Shown here one piece after another: positions 28,718 to 39,893 of a stretch of DNA of 64,000 nt (position 1 is its first letter; each line of letters opens with the position of its first letter). Source of the stretch: Utricularia gibba (taxonomy: Eukaryota; Plantae; Magnoliophyta). The DNA lies in the NCBI GenBank assembly GCA_002189035.1, contig NEEC01000013.1, forward strand, positions 992,001 through 1,056,000, written 5' to 3'. A program made the position numbers and the translations under genes. The notes below the pieces were generated by a model. That model saw nothing but the letters and a program-made list of their open reading frames with translations, ran no database searches and was not told where the DNA came from.

Positions 28718-30869
28718 AAAGGCAGAGGCCAGTCTCTACTTCCACCCTACGTTTTCAAATCGGATGTATCACCTGGACCGTTTTTTGTGATGGTTCTGAG
28801 TGAACCGGTTTACTTGATCGTCCATCTATTGAAAAAGCGTATATGGAAAAGATTCTTAGACCTCTTAGCAAAAACAATGAGTATAACAAAAGGATAATAT
28901 GTTTTTTTTTTCATTTAAATATGTAAAATCTAACTTCTCATAATATGTTTTTTTCAAAATCTTTATTATCCAAAAATCAACAATATGAGAATGAATTACA
29001 TGTTCTTAATACATCCTTAGTAGGCATATTAGCGTTTGCATTTTCTTCATAATCACAAGACAATAATTTTCTAAACTCTATCCCTTTTTTTTGTCCTTGC
29101 CATAATTTAATTGAGAAAAATCTTGATATACAATCAATGTCTCAAGATCTCCTTTGAGTTTAATCAAATTTTGCAATACAATAAGTATAGTTTCATACCT
29201 TGTCTCTAATTATCTCACATTTTCTCTCCAGGACATCAACCGAGCAAACCATCACCTATGGTTATATACAAATCTACTAATTTTTTCAACATGTTGAAAA
29301 CTTGTTGGATGCAATTTATTTTTTCAATTTCTGAAAGATATCAATAATTTTTTTAAAAAAAGTAGTACCTCTTGACAAATAAATCAAAAAATTGATGAGA
29401 TTGAGTGAGTGATCATTTATCCAATACTCACATCATTGTACATCCAGTCTTTGACAAAATATCTAAAATGTTATCAATCTAAATATGTTATTATTGTTTT
29501 CCGATTTTTAATAGAGCCATACATAGCTAATGCATTGAAAATTGGTTTAAATCGATCACCCAACTTTTACACTAACTAAATCATAGCATGAAAATACAGA
29601 AATAGGATAATATTGAAAGATAATGAATTTACATAAAATAATTAAATTATATATCTATTTATCTTTTTCAATTTAAATTTTTTTAAGTACGAATTGAACT
29701 TTTCCCTTCCTCCTACCAAATCCACCATCAATATTATCTGTAAATGTTGTTTTTGAAAATTTTGGAATCCCCTCATTACCATTAACTTCAAGTTTAATAT
29801 CATTTGAATTATTTGAAAAATAATACCTTCTTATTTCATATTTTTATTTTCCTTTATCTTGAACTTTGAACTAGAACAAGTTTTTTTTTTTTTTGAAAAA
29901 AACCTACATTTTTTTCTCATATCATTTGAAACTTTATTATATTTTGTAATTTTTGCTTTCTCACAAACAAAATATCATAGTATTAATGCATCGTATTATA
30001 TCAAAATAATCAATCATTTATTAAAAAACAAGTTTTATGAAATGTATCTATTTGATTTTCAAATCTCTCCAATCTCCATCACAGTCAATCTTTGCATTTA
30101 GAATGCGTATGTGATGATACCTGTTGGGTATAATAAAATAAGAATAGGATATGAAACCACTAGAAAAAAAAACAAATCGAGAATTTGAAAGTAAAAGTTG
30201 AATTCGAAGAACAATAGAAATGAGAGAGATCATATTCAAAAACATTACAAAAATCAGTAAACACCAATATAAATCCTATTAATATTGTCAATAAAGAAGT
30301 TTTGCAACATTATGGAAGTCAGCAAACAACCCCATTAAACATGACTTTAAATGAAATTCCAACAAAATTATATGCAACACATTTTCAATTTTCCCACAAT
30401 GAGACACGTGGTCTATGGACGAAAATTGAACCGGTTTTCGGTTTATGGGATCGGTCAAACAATGTGAAGGAAGTGATTATCTCAAGAGCAAGATGCTGTG
30501 TATAATTAATTATTTATAGGCACATTTGCTACTAAGTAGCGTGCATTAATAATAATATAAGAAATTATTTTCGGGGGTTTTAAATAATGGTTTTTTAAAA
30601 GTCACGGGAGCGCCGTTATTCTCGGGAAAAATGGTTTATTATATTAAAAAAATCGGATGAGTTTTAGCGGTTTAATGAATATGAGTTGCCCGCCGACGAA
30701 GGCGCCAACGGCCGTCCTACGCCTTCTTCAACCTCTGAATTCATGCAACGCGCCTTGCGGAATTTGAACGCCGTGGTTTTCATATTTTCTGTATAAATTT
30801 TCTCGTATCTGAGATCGTTGGGATTATCGTTTTGGTTTGGATTGGCGATCTCGGGCGTGGAACATCGTG

Positions 30870-31517
30870 ATGGTGGTTTCCGTTGATCGGAATCTTGGTT
30901 CAGTAGTGGTTTTCATCTTCTTTGTCTTTGCGTTCCCCGTGTTTTCTGCAGATCCTCCGTTTCCGGCTCCTGTTCCACAGCCCTCGTCGCAAACCGTTTC
31001 CCCTGAAACGCCTTCTTCGGCTCCTGCGCCGGCCTTGTTTATAGAAGCATTGGAATCTGCAGCTTCTCCGCTGTGGCTTCCTACCTTTGATCCCTTTTTG
31101 ATCGCTGATTCTCCGGAATCGGACGCGCCGTCCCCGGCCCCATCGGCCGACGAAGAGATTCCATCCTTGGCGCCATCAGGTGACGAAGAGATTGAGGCCC
31201 CGGCCCCGGCCAAATCCCCTCAGAATGACGGCGAAGGAAGATCTCCCGGGCCTTCTCCGGGATACGACGGAGACAGTACACCTCCGGGCGGTTACCCATA
31301 CACTCCGTACGCTGCACCACCAGCTGATGAGGGAATCAGCAGCAAGAGTCAGAGTAGCAGCTCCGGCGAAAATGGTGGTGGAAAAAAGGCAGGCGTGGCA
31401 TTCGGTGTCATTGGTGCGGCGTGCCTGGTCGGCGCCGGCGCTTTTGTATACAAAAAGCGGCAGGAGAATATCCGGCGGTCTCAGTTCGGGTACCGTGGCA
31501 GAATTGAAATGATGTAA
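30870..31517 (+). CDS. Classical arabinogalactan/Hyp-rich single-pass membrane protein, APAP1 (AGP57C)-like, 215 aa, intronless
   Basis: Signal peptide, dispersed AP/SP/PA dipeptides, GGKKAGVAFGVIGAACLVGAGAFVYKKRQENIRRSQFGY transmembrane segment and cytoplasmic tail. Confidence 0.85.
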   Translation: MVVSVDRNLGSVVVFIFFVFAFPVFSADPPFPAPVPQPSSQTVSPETPSSAPAPALFIEALESAASPLWLPTFDPFLIADSPESDAPSPAPSADEEIPSLAPSGDEEIEAPAPAKSPQNDGEGRSPGPSPGYDGDSTPPGGYPYTPYAAPPADEGISSKSQSSSSGENGGGKKAGVAFGVIGAACLVGAGAFVYKKRQENIRRSQFGYRGRIEMM

Positions 31518-32014
31518 TATGTTGCTACTTCTCATGCTCCTTGTTATCTTCATCCTCCCTCCAAGTTTTTTTAACGACTTAGCTGATGGGAAAGCAGGTT
31601 AGTGCATTAGAAATCAAGGCTTCTTCTGTTGTAGTGCAGCATACACGTTCACAAAGCCTCAGCAGGAGGATCAAGCACCAGCCAGGCTCCTTGATCAACC
31701 CATCCGCCACAAGTTCCATTGCTATATCTATTTGCACCACCGTCTGATCACAAAAATCCATTTCGATTCAGGACTGAAACTAGTGTCTGATAAGCCGGTC
31801 AAAGCATGAACTCGCCCACGATGGCAATGTTGAAGCTCTTTAGAAGGAAATGAAGTTGGGAAAAAGAAGGCCTCTTTTCCCTGGTGCCCCGCCAACATAA
31901 CCAAAGTGGACGTCCCTTGTTTCACCTGGTCCCTTCTCGATGCAACCCCATGATCGCAATCTCCTTGATGGAATCAACACTATGAAAAATTTGAAGATAA
32001 TCGAAACATCATTA

Positions 32015-32365
32015 TAAATATTGCAATATCTTATAAACTTCAAATCGATCGCATTGATTCTAAATGCTAGGTGGTCATTACCCACAACACACCTCGTTTT
32101 GAAACTCGTTCTAAGTCATTTCGCGTTGAGCCATGAACAATCCTTCGGATAAAAACTTGGTGCTTGAAATATGATCTTATATTAACTTTTAGGATACGTC
32201 TTCTATAATGAGTATGATAAAAATATTGTAATATCTTATAAATCATAATAATTCATAATGTATTACTTTGAAACTTATTTCGATCCAATCGTTTTGAATC
32301 ATGAATGTCTGATTGTCCAATAAAACTTTGGTGCTCGAAATATAATCTTATGTTACACTTTAGAA
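32015..32365. repeat. Diverged short direct duplications (170-200 bp period)
   Basis: ATAAAAACTTGGTGCTTGAAATATGATCTTAT (~32149) vs ATAAAACTTTGGTGCTCGAAATATAATCTTAT (~32319); TATTG(C/T)AATATCTTATAAA at ~32018 and ~32224. Confidence 0.45.
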
Positions 32366-33474
32366 GCACCCCATGATGGGGACTACACTCGAAACCACCA
32401 TCAAGCTAACGTGGATTTAAAGAATTCCGATCCAATATACTACAAAAATGTGTTTGATGACCGTTAGGGTTGATTGGCAGTGCTATGTTTTCCATTTCTT
32501 GTGCACTGAAAGGGGGGCGATACGTGTACCTGGTAGCATCCAAATAGAAGAATTTATGGAAAGTTCTCAGGCTGCATTGGAAGCTCGCCACCAACTCATC
32601 AAGAAGATGATATGCAAACAGAGAGAGAAGGCTCCCACAGTTGAACTTCTCAGTATGCACAAGTTTCTTCTGATCATCCATCATCTTTATTGTACTCCAG
32701 CTTCTAATCCTGCAGCAGCATAACTGAACTTCGTGAGGGGGATGAGAACGAATCGCTGCACGTGGACATGAATTCAACAACCATCTTCGATTTACCCTTG
32801 AGTTTGGTGGATGGTTAGAATGTGTTCATTCTCATATGGAAAATATGATGGAATTATTCATGTGATATTAAATAAAATAGGAAAACAAGATCATAACTGA
32901 TATTTTGAATACACACTATCTTTTAAATTATATATATAAAATAATACCATCTTAAATTTCAATCAATATAAAAAGTATAAACTCTAATTTTTAAAATTAC
33001 AAAAAAAAAACGTCAAGTTGTTAAAACCATACAATAATATTTAAATAGTTTTTAAAATTTTTTAAAAATGAACTGATGAAACCATATAAGATTTTGTGTT
33101 ATGGTTTTTCGCATACGCGATTGAAATTTAACATTCATGTTTTATATGATTACGATGATTATATTACGTTTTGTATAATGCACCATTATAACGATGTTAG
33201 GATTAAAATCGGTTAATTTTGATAACATGAGTAATTAAATTTAAAATTTTGTAAATTCGAAACTAAACTATTTATAAAAAAAATAAGTTTACGTGTTGAC
33301 AAACTCCACCCATAAAAAACACATTTTATTTATGTTATTTCAAATTACTATAATAATTTTCTATAAAAACAAATATAAAATACTATGTTCTTTTTTAAAA
33401 AAATAATAAAATATAAACTCAATCTTTAAAAAATATTTAAGGGCGGAGGGGAGTGAAACCAAGGGCGGGCTACA

Positions 33475-34726
33475 ATGGCGAAGAGGAGGAGAGTGGCCGC
33501 GGCGAAATCTAGGAACCAGAAGAATCGAAAGCGGAGTAAGAATCTCTCCGCCATTGAATCGCCCCCACCAAAAGCGAAAGCCACAAATAGAGGCAGAAAA
33601 TTGAAGGCCCTTCCAACTTCTACTGCTGCTGGTGATTCCAGTGAGGAGCTTGAAGATGACGCCGCTCAGTTGTCTGGGCCGAAATCGCAGGAGGAAGATG
33701 TTTCAGACGAGAACGAAGGGAGCATGAGCGGCGGAGATGAGGAAAAGAGGCCTCTCAAGAGCGCCAAAGGTAAGGGCAAGGAAGATGTGAGGAATAAAGG
33801 CAGGAAGAGAATTATGAAGGAGGAGGACGATGATGATGACGACGAGGAAAGGGGGAGAATTTGGCGTGTAGGTTTCCGATGAATCGGGTCAAATTGATCA
33901 TCAAGGACGAGATTCCGGATCGTGTTTCACAGGAAGCAGTTTTCCTCATCAATAAAGCTACGGTATGGGTTCTGAGTTAGCCCTAATTTCCTCCATTGCT
34001 TGGCTTTCGCTCAAGATGCGGGCTTCTCTGTAAGGGAAGAATGGGCATTACACTTTTTAGTCTTAGCTGATGCGCTTGAATTCTGGGAAAGATGTAGCTG
34101 CAATTTCTGTGCGGAGCAATGACCTTTTTGCATCTGATTTGTCTTGCTTTTCCATCACCGGAAATTAACCTGCTGATCTTAGGCAGGAATGCAGTAGTAA
34201 CATGCTTAAGCTTCTTCTTGAGTGATTCAGATAGTGTCCTTTGGATTGTGAAGTTAAATTCCTGTTCCTGATAAGCCATTGTTTGAGTTAGTCGCCTGAT
34301 TCAGATCCTACTCATAATAACACTTGGGGTTTCTGCTTCTGTTGCAGGAGAAGTTTCTTCAACTATTCACGAAGGAAGCTTACCTCTCCGCTTCTCTCGA
34401 TCAGAAACATCATACTGCATACGATCACCTATGTAACCGCTCCTTCTCATGTCTTGTTACTTCATAGTCCTTGATCTGAATGCAGAGTTTCCTGATCTAT
34501 TGCTTTTATCTTGCCCTAATCTTTGGGTACAGCTTTTGTTGTTTCTAAGGGCAAGCGGTTTAGCTTCCTCTCGGGTACTCATCTTCGCCTTCCTCTTGTT
34601 CACTACCATCATCATCTTTTCTTCCCGAAGTGACTTTCACATTGTTATTCAGATTTTGTCCCCGAGAGGATGAAGGCAGAGGAAGCTTTGGCTCAAATCT
34701 CTGAGGTGGAGAAGTCTCAAGCGTGA
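33475..34726 (+). CDS. NF-YC10: Histone-fold protein NF-YC10 / DNA polymerase epsilon subunit DPB3-like, 229 aa after a 1-nt correction at 33848-33855; exons 33475-33962, 34348-34432, 34533-34574, 34653-34726
   Basis: Basic/acidic N-terminus. The shifted frame gives FPMNRVKLII..VSQEAVFLINKAT|EKFLQLFTKEAY..YDHL|SFVVSKGKRFSFLS|DFVPERMKAEEAL. Exons sum to 689 nt (690 expected). Confidence 0.88.
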
Positions 34727-35099
34727 AGAACTTGAAGAGAGAATGGCCTGTACATCAGACACAGAAAACACTGTTTGCCTACACCCCCAGTTAATTGCTT
34801 CCTGCAATCATGATCATTAGGATTCTCTCCCAAACTTGTGTCTCCATAACTGTAACTGTCTAACTGAGTAGTTTTTAGGGAATTCTTGGTCTTTCCTGTG
34901 AAACACTAGTTGCCTTTTTCTTTGTTCTCAGGTATAATCCATGAGGCGCTTGCAATTAAAACAATCAAATCCTTTGACCCAACTACAAATACCACCAACT
35001 CATCTCATGTCCAAATTTTTAGATCGTTGGAAAATAGATGATAGCATTGTTCATAAATCTAAAAAACAGTGTCATACTCTGGAAGGTGAGTAGACTGCT

Positions 35100-35438
35100 T
35101 CAATCAGCAACTGTTGTCTGAAGCGGGAGAACACTTTCCACTTCCTTAGCCTCAGCAACAGCTTTGGACATCCCAAGGAACTATCAAGTTTCATCAACAA
35201 TCAAATAAGATCGGAAGGAAAAAGCTTAGAGAGAGTAGCCAATCTACACCCACACACAAAAAAATACCTTTTTGACTGTCTTCTGGAAGCAGGCTTTGTG
35301 TTCATCCATTGAGGCATGGATGAATTCGTCGATGTGGTCTCTCACATCTTGAATAAAGGTAGCGTTTTCGCTCTTTTTCTTCCGGCATGAAGACATGGCT
35401 GCGGCTGCCGCCTCACTCGGCATTTTCTCAGTTGCCAT
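35100..35438 (-). CDS. Small conserved plant protein of unknown function, 83 aa; exons 35438-35268, 35180-35100; a 5'UTR intron lies upstream
   Basis: SSCRKKKSENATFIQDVRDHIDEFIHASMDEHKACFQKTVKK|FLGMSKAVAE..ESVLPLQTTVAD resembles the Arabidopsis At2g28430-type family (from memory). Confidence 0.85.
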
Positions 35439-36530
35439 CGATGCTTTCTACTGTATGTGCAATAAACCTAGTTAACAGAACCAAAAGAAAAAAAAAAAGA
35501 AATAATCCACTAGTTCACTGTATTTACTAGCCGATGCTTCTTATCAGCAGCATATTACAACTCGGAAGTTCGACTACTGAAAACACCACAAAGTGCTAGA
35601 ACAAAAACGATAAAAACATAAATGATCAGGCATCCGAACCATTGAAAATCCATACTCCAGGAAAGAGTACTCAGATGAATGATGGAAGAAGACAGAGACA
35701 TTACCGCGAATCAGTAACGACTACAGAACCTCTCGGACTTCACCTGGATCTCTGATTAGCAACAGAAATTACGGAGACTGGAACAGGGGGATGGATGCTT
35801 CTTGGGGAACAAGAAATTGAACTATTTATTGAGCCTCTTCTAGCCCAATGAATGTGAACCGGCCCACACTCCAACCGAGATTGGCCCATTTTCGGCCTTT
35901 TGAGATTAAAAAAAAAAGAATAAACATCTAAAATTTCGTTTATTCCCTCAACCAAGAACAGCTACTGTGACGCAATATTTATTATTTTACGTTTAATTAA
36001 AAAATAATAATTATTTATAAAAATTTCTTTGCTACTTTGATTTAAGTCATATGAAATTAATATTACATAGAAATACATTAATTCAAGTCAACAAAGCTAC
36101 AACTAGTAAATTTAATGCTCCTCCTTTTTATCAGGTTTATTTTATTAAATAAAATTTGCAATAAAATCTATGCTGATTCAATGTGGGAAAGAATCGTGAC
36201 CGTTGCTTTCAAAGAAAAAAGAATGATCTTGACCGTTTGCCTGACCACTTGGCATATGTTCGAAGCATATTCTGCTGCGCGTCGACTCCAAAGAAGAAGA
36301 AATGTAAACTGTGGAACTGAGAATGAGAGAATATGAACAAGTCTTATGGTTCGGCGCCCATCGCGCAAAATAAAATGAAAAGAAAACCCAACTCAAGCGA
36401 CACGTTTTTGGCGTTTTGAATCAACAACGTATTTTTTTTCCTGCGAGCAATTTTAAGGACAAGCTGCTTGGCATTCTGCCGCTTCTTGAAGCTTTGCATT
36501 TCAGGGTGTCAACGTACTTTGGATTTCAAC

Positions 36531-38688
36531 ATGGTTCAGATGAAAGAGTTGTATCCTGTGCTATTTTTTATGGGTCCATGATTCTGGATCTTTCTTTGCT
36601 GTTCTATCGTTGGTGCATGCTGTTTACTTTTCATTACAAAAGCATTCATTTGATTCTGCTTGCGTTGTTGAATTTTGCGCGTTTGAAGTAGGACTGGTTC
36701 CTAGTTTCTGATTATGGGTCTCTGCCAAGGTTAAGTTTTAATATCAAGAAAGAAGACGAAGTTTTTTTTTTTTTTTTCTGATGCTTGTTTTTAAACCGAT
36801 CATTCTATCCGTTTGAAATATGGAGGATTTCAAGTTTGAGGGTCTCTGCAAGATAGACAGCCTTATCTATTGGACATAGAAGACAAATCTTTGATCTCTT
36901 TTTCTTGTTGTATTTCTGATGAACGTTGTTTAATCGATCATTGTTACTTTTCTTGTTCTGTATCAAATGCATGAGGTTTCTGTTCATTCCAAGCATACGG
37001 ATTCCCTGATTGCTTTTCCTTGAATTGATTACGGATGGTCTTTTTTTTAGCATAGTTTTGTTGGTTTGAGAGCTTTGTTCTATGTTTTGAATCTTTTCTA
37101 TCTCTGTACGTTGTGCTTAACCCTACCGCAAGCCGGATTGTTATGCCGTTAGCAATGGAAGAGGTAACGGGACTAGATGGTTTATGTGTAGTTAAATTTG
37201 TTTGTGAAGGTTCATTAGTTTTTCCTTTGGTTATTCACTAGCATAACAGATGGCTGGCTTGTGTTTCGTGTAGCTTCAAGTAGGCCTTATGTATATGGTA
37301 ATGAAAATGTCACAGAAGAACACTACAAATTCAGAAGGGGTAGAAGTAATGGAGAACAAACCTTTTGAGAACGATTTTGGAAAGGGCCAATACACTCTGA
37401 AAAACTACAGGCTGCAAAGGTAGATCAGATCCTCTGGGTGTGAGAATCCTCATTTTAACCAGGATCTAGTTGATTATCATGTTTTCTCTTTTGTTTCTGC
37501 GATGTTTTCCTGTATCCAGTAAGTGATGGAAGAATGATGCTTTTAGTTACTGAGAAACGAAGACATTCATCTCGTGTATCTCCTTTCAGCAAAGCGCCGT
37601 CTTGGTTGACTGCGTTTGCCCCCACAGATGCACTTGTGATGCAGGAAGAAGCTTGGAATGCATTTCCAAGGTGCAAATCAGGTACAAATTTCACACTGGC
37701 TCCTTACTTTTATAATCTCCATTGCAGTTCGCCGTGCTCCTTTAACACCTTGCTCTTGCATTTTCCTTCCACATCCTAAAGTTCTTAAGGTACTTCGATT
37801 CAGCCATCACAATTTTCTTTACAGTGACAGGATCCAGGTTTCTTGAACTTTTGTTTCTACTGTCTGCAGTGCCTCTATTTCACCAGATTTCTTCTCACAA
37901 TCGAAACCATTGTCAAGTGCGATAGAGGTGAATCTGAAAACGTAAGTTTCTGTGATCATATCCCTGAATCAAATATACATTTCTTATCACCCCTTTACAT
38001 TATATCGAAAATGCTTCAGGTTCATGGCCTCAGCGAAGAGCAACTAGCAATGAGGAAGGTCGAAATGCTCGATATATCATCTGATACAACTGATTACTGG
38101 GGCTATGTGATCCAGGGCAGCAACATCAACTTATCGCAGTTCAAATCAGCACGAACTGGGCGTGGTCCTTTACTACAAGGATGGAAGGTTGGTATTCAAT
38201 GGATAAACAGAGTCTCAGAATTCCCAATAACAACATCATCCTTTTTGCTAAATGCAGGATCGATGTAATCCGGTCGTAACAGTGTACAAGTTGGTGACAA
38301 TAGATGCACCGTATTGGGGATTCGGAACTCGGCTAGAGCAGTTCTTGATTGCAGTAAGTCATTTTCAACTTTACCATGAAGATGGTATGTATCCTCAGAA
38401 GTTTTCCAATGGGGCGTCTGCATTCAGGGTGAAAGAGCTCTTTTCATCGAAAGTTTTCGCAACTGCTTCGGATGGATTGATGACTGGCATGGAAACACTG
38501 TAGAGACAATGCAGTCAATGGAGAAACAGATCTATTCTTCCTTGAACAAGGTAAGCAAAGATAGCCATAGAATCTGTACAGAAAATGCATTGATATTCAT
38601 TTCCTTTGTGATGCAGAAACTCGGCCGAGTTTCTCCAGAAGAAGAGGAGAATGCAACTGATCAGCATTCAGGCATTATTCAGGCTTAG
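36531..38688 (+). CDS. StART-like phosphatidylinositol transfer protein (IP_trans/PITP family), 275 aa; exons 36531-36550, 37133-37163, 37274-37419, 37590-37681, 37782-37789, 37870-37941, 38020-38187, 38258-38353, 38428-38550, 38617-38688
   Basis: MVQMKEFRIVMPL, KGQYTLKNYRLQSKAP, EEAWNAFP, TGRGPL..GW, YKLVT, FGWIDDW are colinear with animal PITPalpha motifs. Ten GT-AG exons sum to 828 nt with no stop. Confidence 0.92.
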
Positions 38689-39893
38689 AATCTTTCTGAT
38701 CACGAGACCTTTAGGAGATGATTCAGTTTATGTAATGAAACTGGCGAGCCAGCATATCATTACCTTACAAACGATACTGCTAACACACGTGCCATTTTTT
38801 TATTGAGAAAAAAATGTTTTTGAATTTTACATTGATTTATGAAATACAAAAAGAATCACGTATTCTGGTGAAAGAGCAGCTGTGCTTTGCGTCCTTTTTC
38901 AGGGAGTACAGTTTGTCTGTCTGATCATCATGGTCTTGTTTTCATGTGGAGTATCATTATTCCCTTTCACCCACTTGTTTGAAAAACCCGGAGGTGTCAA
39001 TAAAACTCAGTCTACACTCCCTCCCAGTATCAACCTCCTTTTCTTCTCCAACTTTCAAGTGCAGTTTTTGGTAAGGATGTTGCTCCTTTTCTTGAATATT
39101 TGTTGCTTTGTTCAAATTGTAGACCAGAGGCTTCGCCATTTTTGGTTTTTGAAATGGGGATGGGTAATGCATTTTCAGTGGAGTTTTTGCTGCTGTGAAT
39201 GGGGAATGGGTGTGTGCAAAATGCTCATTTCTAGCTCGCACATCTGTTAAAAAGCAGTGTTTTAACCTGGGTGGTCGTTTCACATCCCTGGAAAGCAAAC
39301 TTTCTCAGAAGAACTCCATACCCTTCTTTCTCCTTTCCTTCCACCTTTCTTTCTGTTTTCTGTTTGTAGAATTATGATGGAACTTCAGTCCTGTTTCCCC
39401 TCGTTAAAGAAGGGGAATCTTGCCTGTAGAGCAACCGTCGAACACTCACCCAGAATTGCTACTGGGATGCCTTACCACTACATTGTTGGCGCTCTGCAGA
39501 GAATATATCTTAAACAAGCCATTAATTCCGGGAAGAAGCCTTACTCTGTAGAGAATGCCTTCAAGCGTCTCGTGACCTTATTACTATGAGGATTGCGCAA
39601 TTGCTTTGTTGGGAAACATATTTTTGATTGCTTTTCTAAGATGGAGCTTGAGCAAATTTACATCTCTTCGTTATCTACGTGTGAGTACATACAGCTGATG
39701 AAGTGATAGTTTTTAATAATCCTCTCGAATGTTTGTTGTGCATTAAACTCCATTGGATTCCCATGTTTTCTTTGTATTATTTTCCCTTCCTGGTCCTTGA
39801 GCTCCCTGCTGCTGCAGGAAGGAAAGCTTCCTTCTAAGTAGCTCCTGCGGAATACCCAAGAGCCAGTTTCTACTACACTGACATTAGAGAGAT

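Noticed and set aside
30824-31553. Minus-strand and alternative-frame ORFs over the AGP-like gene
   Set aside because: Shadow ORFs of a GC-rich low-complexity CDS.
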